Shown here in pieces: positions 29,891 to 39,182 of a stretch of DNA of 64,000 nt. A program made the position numbers and the translations under genes. Positions within the stretch are counted from its first letter, which is position 1, and the number at the start of each line of letters is the position of its first letter. The notes under the pieces are model-generated. The model was not told the DNA's origin and did no database searches. It saw only the letters and a program-made list of their open reading frames with translations. The DNA comes from Lentimicrobiaceae bacterium (GTDB taxonomy: Bacteria > Bacteroidota > Bacteroidia > Bacteroidales > UBA4417). Where the stretch lies: assembly GCA_031550085.1 (NCBI GenBank), contig JAVBOY010000022.1, forward strand, positions 62,696 through 126,695, written 5' to 3'.

Positions 29891-30994
29891 CTATTTGATT
29901 ACTTTTCCTTTGATTAAAAAATCTTGTCCCAACGTTTGATATGCTACTTGACAAAGTTTGACAGCATTTTCAATGGGGGCAAACCCTTTACCTTCGACCG
30001 GCGTAAGGGCGTCTTTCCCACCGATCAGCAAAGGTGCAATCAGGATTTGAACTTCATCTACAATTCCTGCTTGCAAAGCAGCTTCGTTCAAGGTGCCGCC
30101 GCCTTCGAGCAAAACACTGTCGATTGGCAGTTTGCCCAGTTCCACGACCAATGCATTCAGATCGACTTGTTTATTTGTTTGTGGAAGCACCCACACCAGA
30201 TGTCCCATTTCCGTCAATTGGCGCTGGATTTCTTCCGGGCATTGTTCTGTGGTGGCCAAAATCACCGGATTTTCACCGGGCGTTTGCAGCAATTTGGCAT
30301 TTAATGGGATGCGCCCTTGACTGTCTACCACAATCCGGCGGGGATTGCGCCCGCCTTCGGGCAACCGGCAAGTTAATTCCGGGTTGTCGATCAGTACCGT
30401 ATTTACGCCGACCATAATAGCCGAAAATTCGTTGCGCAGCCGATGTACGTAATTTTGCGATTCCGGGCCGGTAATCGGGCTGGGAAGATTTAAATGCGTT
30501 GAAATCTTTCCGTCCAGCGACATGGCGGTTTTCATCAGCACATACGGCCTTTTTTGAGTCATATATTTGAAAAATACCCGGTTTTGTTCAAGGGCTTCGG
30601 TTTCGCACAAGCCGGTAACTACTTCGATGCCTGCAGCCTGCAATTGTGCGATGCCTTTTCCGTTTACCAACGGATTGGGATCGGTGGCGGCTATAAAAAT
30701 TTTGCTGATTTTATTTTTGATCAGTAAATCGGTGCAGGGTGGCGTTTTGCCAAAGTGGGAGCAAGGTTCGAGGGTTACATAAATGGTGGCGCCTTCGACG
30801 GGTCCGGAGGATTGGGCAATGGCATTGACTTCGGCATGGGGACCGCCGAAATATTCGTGGTATCCTTTCCCGATGATTTTTCCATCGCGTACCAAAACCG
30901 CACCCACCAGCGGATTGGGATTTACTTTCCCTTTTCCGAGGTTGGCCAGTTCAATGGCTTGAAGCATGAAATTGCGGTCGTTGGTGGTTTCCAT
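29891..30994 (-). CDS. ribD: Bifunctional pyrimidine deaminase/reductase
   Basis: PNPLVG, HAE, TLEPCSH.GKTPPC and EGGG motifs. Confidence 0.96.
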   Translation of the reverse strand: METTNDRNFMLQAIELANLGKGKVNPNPLVGAVLVRDGKIIGKGYHEYFGGPHAEVNAIAQSSGPVEGATIYVTLEPCSHFGKTPPCTDLLIKNKISKIFIAATDPNPLVNGKGIAQLQAAGIEVVTGLCETEALEQNRVFFKYMTQKRPYVLMKTAMSLDGKISTHLNLPSPITGPESQNYVHRLRNEFSAIMVGVNTVLIDNPELTCRLPEGGRNPRRIVVDSQGRIPLNAKLLQTPGENPVILATTEQCPEEIQRQLTEMGHLVWVLPQTNKQVDLNALVVELGKLPIDSVLLEGGGTLNEAALQAGIVDEVQILIAPLLIGGKDALTPVEGKGFAPIENAVKLCQVAYQTLGQDFLIKGKVIK

Positions 30995-31030
30995 AAAATA
31001 AAAATCCCGAACAATTTAAATCATTCGGGG
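30995..31030 (-). terminator. Riboswitch-controlled intrinsic terminator
   Basis: Minus strand reads cccgaa...ttcggg followed by atttttatttt, immediately before the ribD ATG. Confidence 0.7.
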
Positions 31031-31084
31031 CGCATCATCTCAAAACCGTCACACAAAACAATTGATTTTGCGTGAGTTGAGCAG

Positions 31085-31215
31085 ATTCTTCTACCATCCA
31101 GACTTTACTGTCGGTAACGGAATTTCACCGTTTCGGTCTTCCTTTTTGAGTAAGATTCGCGGACTGTCACCGCCGGTTGGGACTTATGCCTTGCATTCAC
31201 CCGACCCCGAAGAAT
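31085..31215 (-). ncRNA. FMN riboswitch (RFN element)
   Basis: Minus strand: attcttcggggtcgggtgaa...tcccaaccggcggt..agtccgcga...cggtgaaattccg..accgacagtaaagtctggatggtagaagaat. -7 box TACCTTTG at 31223-31230. Confidence 0.95.
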
Positions 31216-31390
31216 TAGACTGCAAAGGTAAAACTATTTTTTGCTTTTTACCGATCCGGCTATTAAAAAAAGCAAAACCATACGCCGGTTTGCTTTGTGG
31301 AGTCATTTTGTTGTGTCCATAAATCATTGGAAGCTTAAAAAAAGTACATTTGCAACGTTAAATTTGTTATTCCATTTTTTATAAAACACA

Positions 31391-31645
31391 ATGAATCCCA
31401 ATAAATTTTGTCAAAGTTGCGGCATGCCGCTGGTTAAAGATCCCGGGCAAGGCGGAACCGAAGCCGACGGTTCGAAAAGCGCGCTTTATTGCAGTTATTG
31501 CTACCAAAACGGAGCGTTTACGGTCAATTGTACCGTCAAAGAATTTCAGGAACATTGCCGCCAAAAAATGATAGAAAGCGGCTTCCCGAAGTTTAAAGCC
31601 TGGTTATTTACACGTGGGATGAAACGTTTGGCGCGCTGGAAATAA
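31391..31645 (+). CDS. Zinc-ribbon domain protein
   Basis: CQSCGMP...GTEADGS...YCSYCYQNG..F...L.RW pattern. Confidence 0.85.
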   Translation: MNPNKFCQSCGMPLVKDPGQGGTEADGSKSALYCSYCYQNGAFTVNCTVKEFQEHCRQKMIESGFPKFKAWLFTRGMKRLARWK

Positions 31646-31663
31646 ACGAATTGTACTGAATTT

Positions 31664-32557
31664 ATGAAAAAAATCTTTTTGTTCTTGCTGTTCATTTTAG
31701 CAGGAATTATTTGTTTTGCCCAAACCGGCTTGTTGAAACAGGAAATCGAACACATCCTCGAAGGGAAAAATGCGACGGTGGGCGTTGCCATTATGGATTT
31801 GAATACGGGCGATACGTTAACTGTTAATAACGACAGTCATGTGTATCCGACCATGAGCGTTTACAAATTCTACCTGGCTTTGGCGGTTTTAGACCAAGTA
31901 GATAAAGGGAAACTGGCGCTCGACCAACCGATTGCAATTACACCTTCGGATTTGCTTCCCAATACCCACAGTCCGTTGCGTGATGAACATCCGGCAGGCG
32001 GATTTTCGTTGAGCGTGGCAGAATTGCTTTCCTACACCGTTTTGCAAAGCGACAACAACGGTTGCGATATTTTGTTCCGTTTGCTGGGCGGACCTGAAAA
32101 AGTGGATCAATACATCCGGAAAACGGGCATCCGGGGGATAAGCATCCGGACGACCGAAGCGCAAATGCACGAAAGTTTCGAACAGCAGTATACCAACACC
32201 ACCACGCCTTGGGCGGCCGTACAAACCTTGGATTTGGTTTTTCAAAAACATCAATTGCTTTCCGACCGGAGCCGTGAATTCCTTTGGAAAATGATGGCCG
32301 AAACATCAACGGGAAAGGATAAACTGAAAGGCTTGTTGCCAGCCGGAGCTGTAGTTGCACATAAAACGGGAAGTTCTTTCCGTAGTGAAACCGGTTTGAA
32401 TGCGGCGGAAAACGACATCGGTATTTTGGTGCTTCCCAGTGGGAAAAGAATTGCAGTTGCCGTGCTGGTTGCCGATTCGATGGAACCCTACGAAACCAAT
32501 GCAAAAATGATTGCCGAAGTCGCCAAATCCGTATGGGATTTTTTTGAGAAGAAATAA
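31664..32557 (+). CDS. bla: Class A beta-lactamase, subclass A2-like
   Basis: Signal peptide, SVYK, SDN, E166-like TTEAQMH and HKTGS motifs. Confidence 0.9.
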   Translation: MKKIFLFLLFILAGIICFAQTGLLKQEIEHILEGKNATVGVAIMDLNTGDTLTVNNDSHVYPTMSVYKFYLALAVLDQVDKGKLALDQPIAITPSDLLPNTHSPLRDEHPAGGFSLSVAELLSYTVLQSDNNGCDILFRLLGGPEKVDQYIRKTGIRGISIRTTEAQMHESFEQQYTNTTTPWAAVQTLDLVFQKHQLLSDRSREFLWKMMAETSTGKDKLKGLLPAGAVVAHKTGSSFRSETGLNAAENDIGILVLPSGKRIAVAVLVADSMEPYETNAKMIAEVAKSVWDFFEKK

Positions 32558-32747
32558 CCCTTTGTTCGTCTAAAGCTCGTCTACGGAATTAGCGTCTTTG
32601 TGGTAAAAAAGATCTTTTTGAATAACTTCAACGTATCCTTTACGGCAAGCTATACAGAATGATACATTTTTAGCTTTCCACAGATTTGTTGCACATTGAG
32701 AAAACATGTACCTTTGCCCGATTTTTCACATCCAATTTTCTAATTTT

Positions 32748-34898
32748 ATGAATACCAGATATTTGAACACTTTTATTTGTGTTGTGGTTACTTTAACATC
32801 AAGTTTTGCCCTTATGTCACAAAACAATACCAATCCGTTGTTGGTTGAAAAATTTGGAACCCCTTTTGAAACGGCTCCTTATGACAAGATAAAGCCTGAG
32901 TATTTTTTGCCGGCGGTTCAGGAAGCCATCAAACAAGGCCGTGCCGAAATCGATGCCATTGCCAACAATCCGGCAAAGCCCACCTTTGCCAATACCATTG
33001 AGGCGATGGAAAAATCGGGTCGCTTGCTGAGCCGCACCACATCCGTATTTTTCAATTTAAACAGCGTGGAAACCACGCCAGAACTGCAAAAAGTAGCCCG
33101 CGACATTTCGCCTTTGATGAGCGACTATGGCAATGATATCACGTTAAATGAAAAACTCTTCAAACGTGTAAAAGCGGTTTGGGATAGCCGTAATTCGCTT
33201 AAGCTAACGCCCGAGCAAGCCAAATTGCTGGATGATACATACAAAGGCTTTTCGCGGAATGGCGCCAACCTTTCCGATGCCGATAAGGAAAAACTCCGTG
33301 CCATCGATAAAGAATTGGCGGAAACCGGACTGAAATTCAACGAAAACGTACTGGCGGAAACCAATAATTTTCATTTGGTGGTAGATAATCCGGCTGATCT
33401 GGGAGAAATGCCCGACAACATCAAAGAATCGGCAGCCGCTATTGCAAAATCCAAAGGCCTGGACGGCAAATGGATTTTTACCTTGCAACAACCCAGCTAT
33501 CTTCCGTTTATGACGTATTGCCCCAACCGTGACCTGCGTCAAAAAATGTATATAGCTTATAATTCGCGCTGTGCAAAAGACAATGAATTTGATAATCGTC
33601 CGGTTGCGATCCAAATAGCGATGTTACGTTACCAAAAAGCAGCGCTTTTGGGGTATAAAAACTATGCGGAATACGCATTGGAAAACCGTATGGCAAAAAA
33701 TACGCAAAATGTAAATGATTTCTTGGGTAAATTACTTGAAAAATCAGCGCCTTACGGAAAAAACGATGTGCAGGCAGTTCAGGAATATATGAATGCGAAC
33801 GGGGCAGATTTTCAGTTGCAGCCCTGGGATTGGTCTTTTTATTCCGAAAAGTTGAAAGCCGAAAAATACAGTGTGAATGAAGAGGAACTTCGTCCGTATT
33901 TCGCCTTGGACAACGTGGTGAAGGGAATTTTTACATTGGCTAACAAACTTTATGGAGTTTCGTTTAAAGAACGTCATGATATTGCCGTTTGGCATCAAGA
34001 TGTGAAAGTGTACGAAGTTTTTGACAACGACGGCAAACATTTGGCGCTTTTTTATGCCGATTATTTCCCCCGTGCTGGGAAACGTCCCGGTGCCTGGATG
34101 AATTCGCTTTCGCCCCAGTATATGGAAAATGGGGTAGACGTACGCCCGATTGTCGTGAATGTTTGCAATTTTACCCCTCCTTCGAGCGATAAACCTTCGT
34201 TGTTGAGCCCGATGGAAGTGACTACCGCTTTCCACGAATTTGGACACGCATTGCATGGCATGCTTGCAAAAACAAAATATTCCGAGTTGTCCGGTACATC
34301 CGTGCCGCGCGATTTTGTTGAGTTGCCGTCGCAAGTACTCGAAAATTGGGCATTTGAAAAAGAAATGCTTGCATTGTATGCCAACCATTACGAAACCAAC
34401 GAACCGATCCCGGCTGATTTGGTAGAGAAATTGAATAAAAGCAAACTCTACAATCAGGGCTATGCCACCATGCGCCAGCTTTCATTGGGAATGCTGGATA
34501 TGGCCTGGTATACACAAGATTTTTCAGGGGTAAATACGGTGGAAGAAGCGAGCCAAAAAGTCGGCGGTTTCACTTCTTTTGAGCGCAAAGCAGTTGCCGA
34601 TGCTGCGGTGCTTCCGACAGTTGACGGAACAGCCATCGGCACAACCTTCGGGCATATTTTCGGCGGCGGTTATGCAGCCGGTTATTACAGCTACAAATGG
34701 GCAGAAGTGCTGGATGCTGACGCCTTTTCGCTTTTCAAAGCAAAAGGACTTTTTGATAAAGCTACCGCTCAAAGTTTCCGCGATAACATTTTGAGCAAAG
34801 GCGGTTCCGAGGATCCCATGATTCTTTACAAACGATTCCGCGGGCAAGAGCCCAGTCTGGATGCTCTTTTGAAAAAGAGCGGTTTTGCCGGGAGGTAG
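32748..34898 (+). CDS. dcp: M3-family metallopeptidase (peptidyl-dipeptidase Dcp-like)
   Basis: FHEFGHALH, DFVELPSQ and GYYSYKWAEVLDAD motifs. -7 box at 32709-32716. Confidence 0.88.
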   Translation: MNTRYLNTFICVVVTLTSSFALMSQNNTNPLLVEKFGTPFETAPYDKIKPEYFLPAVQEAIKQGRAEIDAIANNPAKPTFANTIEAMEKSGRLLSRTTSVFFNLNSVETTPELQKVARDISPLMSDYGNDITLNEKLFKRVKAVWDSRNSLKLTPEQAKLLDDTYKGFSRNGANLSDADKEKLRAIDKELAETGLKFNENVLAETNNFHLVVDNPADLGEMPDNIKESAAAIAKSKGLDGKWIFTLQQPSYLPFMTYCPNRDLRQKMYIAYNSRCAKDNEFDNRPVAIQIAMLRYQKAALLGYKNYAEYALENRMAKNTQNVNDFLGKLLEKSAPYGKNDVQAVQEYMNANGADFQLQPWDWSFYSEKLKAEKYSVNEEELRPYFALDNVVKGIFTLANKLYGVSFKERHDIAVWHQDVKVYEVFDNDGKHLALFYADYFPRAGKRPGAWMNSLSPQYMENGVDVRPIVVNVCNFTPPSSDKPSLLSPMEVTTAFHEFGHALHGMLAKTKYSELSGTSVPRDFVELPSQVLENWAFEKEMLALYANHYETNEPIPADLVEKLNKSKLYNQGYATMRQLSLGMLDMAWYTQDFSGVNTVEEASQKVGGFTSFERKAVADAAVLPTVDGTAIGTTFGHIFGGGYAAGYYSYKWAEVLDADAFSLFKAKGLFDKATAQSFRDNILSKGGSEDPMILYKRFRGQEPSLDALLKKSGFAGR

Positions 34899-34975
34899 TT
34901 CCGGTCAAAATAGAAAGGAACGTATTGCGAATATTTTTTTTAACACTGAAAACAAGTAAATTAAAGAATAATCTT

Positions 34976-35491
34976 ATGAAACAAATAAAACATGGGGCAA
35001 TACTGTTGACGGTCGCCCTATTGATTGGCATGGTCGGTTTTTCCTGTGAAAAAGACAAAAACAATGATCCGGCGGCATCAACTGTGGCAGGTACATGGGC
35101 CTTTGATGGAGCAAGTTTTGATATTCAAGTAAACAACCTGGTCGCCAATGCCCTTCTGCAAGCCTCGTTGGCAGCCCTTACCATTCCGGCCGACGCCAGC
35201 CAAACCATTGCGTTCAATGCCGACGGTACACTCTCTTCTTCGTATGTGGGGCATAATACCACAGGGACTTATACGGTTGAGGGAAACAAAATCAATATTA
35301 CCGAAGGAACACAAACCTTTGCCATACAATTTGCCGCCAAGGGAACCGATGGACTGACATTAACCTATGATGTCAACGATTTCCCTTTGGTAGGAAGTTA
35401 TATACAACCTATTTTGTCGAGTCTGGCTACGGCATACCCCGATTTGCAGGTTACCAAAATGCTGGTGAACACGGCATGGAAACGGGTATAA
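34976..35491 (+). CDS. Lipocalin-like lipoprotein
   Basis: Lipobox FSC, GTW and FNADGT...GTY motifs. Confidence 0.65.
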   Translation: MKQIKHGAILLTVALLIGMVGFSCEKDKNNDPAASTVAGTWAFDGASFDIQVNNLVANALLQASLAALTIPADASQTIAFNADGTLSSSYVGHNTTGTYTVEGNKINITEGTQTFAIQFAAKGTDGLTLTYDVNDFPLVGSYIQPILSSLATAYPDLQVTKMLVNTAWKRV

Positions 35492-35509
35492 TTTTGGTGA
35501 TTTTAAAAG

Positions 35510-35545
35510 AAAGGCGCTCATTGCAGAATATGAGCGCCTTTTTTT
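35510..35545. terminator. Bidirectional terminator
   Basis: aaaggcgctcat...atgagcgccttt with a T run. Confidence 0.8.
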
Positions 35546-35547
35546 CT

Positions 35548-36390
35548 TTACGGCAGCAGTTCTTGTTGTTTGGGTTTTATCCAGTGAAACGAAAGCTCTA
35601 CAACGGCTGCACTATTGCTGTTGGAGAAAACTTGCTGTATCGGATATCCGGCCGGTATGCTGTCGGTTATATCACTGTAGTCGTACGAATTGAGATAGAC
35701 ATCTTTCGTTCCGTTAGACAGCTGCATAATTTCCGTTTGCGGATTGTGATTTGAAAAAACAAAATCCGGAATGAAAAAACTGCTCAGCGAGTTGAGGTTG
35801 GTTGTATATGCATTTCGCAAAGGATTTTCATTGTCGTAGTTTGCAAAAATCCGCTTGTAACTGTAATTCGGATTGATGTGGTTCAAATAATTTTCTTCAG
35901 TGACATCTCCTTTCAAATCCTTTTGGTAGGTGATGGTAATGGCCGTAGTTTCTTCCGGTAATCCGTTGACGGTTAAATCTACCGTTGTTGAATTGGTATT
36001 ATAGGAGAATTTATAGTTGTAAAGCAAATTGCCTTCACAGGTGATGTGATCCACCCGTCCGTTTGCATCATAATACACATAACCGACTCCTCCGACATCG
36101 CTTGGACAGTATTTTAGGGAGATGGATTTAATCTTATCGTCCAGACCATATGTATACACACAGCGATAGACCACATCGCCGCTCAAATTGTAGGTTTCCC
36201 ATTGTTGCAGCCTGTTTTGTTCATCGTACGAAAAAAGCTTCCACAAGTTAACGTCGTCGATGTAAATGGAACTCAGTAATAAAGAGTTTTGGGCCTGAAC
36301 CGGCGGTTTTCGAACAAAATTGTCATCCTGCTTGCTGCAACTGCACAGGAACAAGATTGCTATGACGGAAAAAATAGATAGGTTACTCAT
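35548..36390 (-). CDS. Lipoprotein with YD-like beta repeats
   Basis: Lipobox CSC; YDEQNRL and YDANGRV units. Confidence 0.65.
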   Translation of the reverse strand: MSNLSIFSVIAILFLCSCSKQDDNFVRKPPVQAQNSLLLSSIYIDDVNLWKLFSYDEQNRLQQWETYNLSGDVVYRCVYTYGLDDKIKSISLKYCPSDVGGVGYVYYDANGRVDHITCEGNLLYNYKFSYNTNSTTVDLTVNGLPEETTAITITYQKDLKGDVTEENYLNHINPNYSYKRIFANYDNENPLRNAYTTNLNSLSSFFIPDFVFSNHNPQTEIMQLSNGTKDVYLNSYDYSDITDSIPAGYPIQQVFSNSNSAAVVELSFHWIKPKQQELLP

Positions 36391-36652
36391 TTTTTGGGTT
36401 TTTTTGGGTATTTGTATAAAAAATAAACAAAAAAAAATCATTTTGTTTCACTAAAAAGGAAAAAAACTTATTATAGAAAGATTTTAGAATTAGTTCTGTC
36501 TCTTTCTATATTTAATAAAAAAGATTATATAAAACACTTTGTTTGGAGTGTTGATCAACAAAAATTTAAATAACCATTGAAATAAAAAATGGTTTTCTGT
36601 TTTCGTTTTATTTTGTTCCTTTGCCTCTTGGATTGTAAAGAGCGAAAAAGAC

Positions 36653-39028
36653 GTGTCATCGTGTAGCCATTGCGGATTAAGTTGCGGGAAACATCCGGTT
36701 GTTTGGATGGAAAAGAAATTTTGTTGCGAAGGCTGTGCTTGGGTGTATCGCATTTTGCACGAAAACCGCCTTGACGGTTATTACCAACTGGATAAAACAC
36801 CCGGTATCCGTATCGAAGACGAGGCGTTCGAATCCAACTATGCTTATTTGGATCAAAGCGAATTCTCAAAACTGTTTATCGAATTCAGCGACGGGGGGAT
36901 ATCCCGTACTACCTTATTTATTCCGGCCATTCATTGCAGTTCCTGCATTTGGCTTTTGGAAAATTTGCGGACGCTGAATAAAGGCGTTTTGCAAAGTTCC
37001 GTCAATTTTGTCCGTAAGGAAGTCAGCATCACCTTTCGCGAAAGCAACACCAGTTTTCGCCAGTTGGTGGAATTGTTATGCAGCATTCATTACATTCCCG
37101 AGTTGACGCCCAAACGGGAAACAAATGAAAAACAACAACGCCCCAACCGGAAGTTACTTTCTAAAATAGGAGTGGCCGGATTTGCATTCGGGAACATTAT
37201 GTTGCTGAGTTTTCCCGATTACCTGGCAAAAAACGAATTGCTGGACGGCCAAATGACCGCTGTACTCAGTTGGATTGCACTGGTGTTGGCTATTCCGGTT
37301 TTGCTTTACAGCGCCAGCGATTACCTGCTTTCGGCTTACAAAAGCCTCCGGAAACGAGTGCTGACCATTGATCTTCCATTATCGATCGGTATTTTGGCAT
37401 TGTTTCTTCAAAGCGCTTTTACCATTGCCTCCCGACAAGGCATCGGCTATATGGACAGTTTTGCCGGCCTGGTATTTTTCCTGTTGATTGGAAAGTGGTA
37501 CCAAAGCAAGTCATACCAAGCCCTTGCGTTCGACCGGGATTACAAATCCTACTTTCCACTTGTTGTGACCCGCTGCACTTTGTCCGGAGAAGAATACATC
37601 CCCATCAGTGAATTATCGGAAGGCGACCGCATACGGGTGCGGAATAACGAGTTTATTCCGGCGGATGCTGTTCTCCTTGAGGGAGTTGCCCATATCGACT
37701 ATAGTTTTGTTACCGGCGAAAGCATTCCGGTGCAAAAACAATCCGGAGATTTTGTGTATGCGGGCGGACGTCAAAAAGGTAGCAGTATTGTGTTGGAAAT
37801 ACAAAAGAAAGTGCAGCAAAGTTACTTAACGCAGTTGTGGAGTACTTCAGCAGAACCCAAACCGCTTCAGAAACTGGTAAACCGGATGGGGCGTTATTTC
37901 ACATTCGGGATTTTGGCGGTTGCGTTTTCAGCCGCAGGCTATTGGGCGATTGTAGATTTATCCAAGGCCGTACCTGTATTTTCCTCGATTTTAATTGTCG
38001 CATGTCCCTGTGCATTGGCATTGAGCGTCCCCTTTGCTTTTGGAAATACGTTGCGGCTTTTCGGGCGGAATGGTTTTTACTTGAAAAATACCGATGTCAT
38101 TGAAACGCTTTCCAAAGTGGACACGGTTGTCTTTGACAAAACCGGCACCCTGACGTATTCGCAAAAAATGAATTTGGAATGGATCGGAGAGCCGCTTTCC
38201 GGTGAAGAAAAGGCGGTGATTTATTCCCTTTCCCGGAATTCCACCCATCCTTTATCGGTTTTGGTCAGTAGTTTTTTGGAATCTCCTCAAACGTTCCCTG
38301 TTGAAGCGTACCAGGAAACGGCTTCAAAAGGGTTGCAAGGGAATATAAACGGGATTGCCATCAAATTGGGCGCTTTTCACTTTGTCCAAAACCCGGCTGA
38401 AAAACAATCTTTTCCGGGCTCTTCGGTATCGGTTTCTTTTAACCATGTATTTCGAGGGAGGTTTTCCATACAAAATAGTTACCGGGAAGGATTGAGCAAC
38501 GTTGTTCGCGAACTTTTTCCCCGGAAACTTCACCTGTTGAGCGGTGACAACGATCGGGAATATTCCCATTTGGTCCGGATATTTCCCGATCCGGATCATT
38601 TGCATTTCAATCAATTACCGCTGGATAAACAAAATTATGTTCACAATCTGAAAATCAAGGGACATATCGTTGCCATGATCGGCGACGGATTGAACGATGC
38701 CGGAGCTTTGCAGGAAGCCGATGTGGCCATAAGCCTTGCCGACGATATTTATCATTTTTCGCCGGCTTGTGATGCCATCTTGGAAGCCAGGCAATTCGGG
38801 CAGTTGCACAAGTTCCTGGAATTCTCGAAAACCTCAGTACGAATTGTTTATCTAAGTTTTTTTATTTCAATTGTCTACAATCTCATTGGTTTGTTTTTTG
38901 CCGTTCAGGGGCTGTTGTCACCTTTGTTTGCTGCTGTTTTAATGCCGGTCAGTTCCGTTAGTGTGGTAGCATTTGCAACGATTGCCGTACGCTGGGGATA
39001 TGCAAAGTTGATGGGTAAAAGGAATTAA
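36653..39028 (+). CDS. P1B heavy-metal ATPase, CcoI/FixI type
   Basis: CxxC...CCxGC N-terminus, HCSSC, TGES, CPC, DKTGT and GDG.ND motifs. Confidence 0.9.
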   Translation: MSSCSHCGLSCGKHPVVWMEKKFCCEGCAWVYRILHENRLDGYYQLDKTPGIRIEDEAFESNYAYLDQSEFSKLFIEFSDGGISRTTLFIPAIHCSSCIWLLENLRTLNKGVLQSSVNFVRKEVSITFRESNTSFRQLVELLCSIHYIPELTPKRETNEKQQRPNRKLLSKIGVAGFAFGNIMLLSFPDYLAKNELLDGQMTAVLSWIALVLAIPVLLYSASDYLLSAYKSLRKRVLTIDLPLSIGILALFLQSAFTIASRQGIGYMDSFAGLVFFLLIGKWYQSKSYQALAFDRDYKSYFPLVVTRCTLSGEEYIPISELSEGDRIRVRNNEFIPADAVLLEGVAHIDYSFVTGESIPVQKQSGDFVYAGGRQKGSSIVLEIQKKVQQSYLTQLWSTSAEPKPLQKLVNRMGRYFTFGILAVAFSAAGYWAIVDLSKAVPVFSSILIVACPCALALSVPFAFGNTLRLFGRNGFYLKNTDVIETLSKVDTVVFDKTGTLTYSQKMNLEWIGEPLSGEEKAVIYSLSRNSTHPLSVLVSSFLESPQTFPVEAYQETASKGLQGNINGIAIKLGAFHFVQNPAEKQSFPGSSVSVSFNHVFRGRFSIQNSYREGLSNVVRELFPRKLHLLSGDNDREYSHLVRIFPDPDHLHFNQLPLDKQNYVHNLKIKGHIVAMIGDGLNDAGALQEADVAISLADDIYHFSPACDAILEARQFGQLHKFLEFSKTSVRIVYLSFFISIVYNLIGLFFAVQGLLSPLFAAVLMPVSSVSVVAFATIAVRWGYAKLMGKRN

Positions 39029-39182
39029 TTCTCACTTGTTTACAAGTTTTTTGTTTGAAAAACGAAATAAAATCCGTGAAACAAAAAAGTATTATTTTTT
39101 TAATCTTTTGTAAAAAGAGGAAAAGCACTTTTTTTGTACATTTACAGCAGTTTTTGAAATCAAATTTTTTAAAATTTATACT

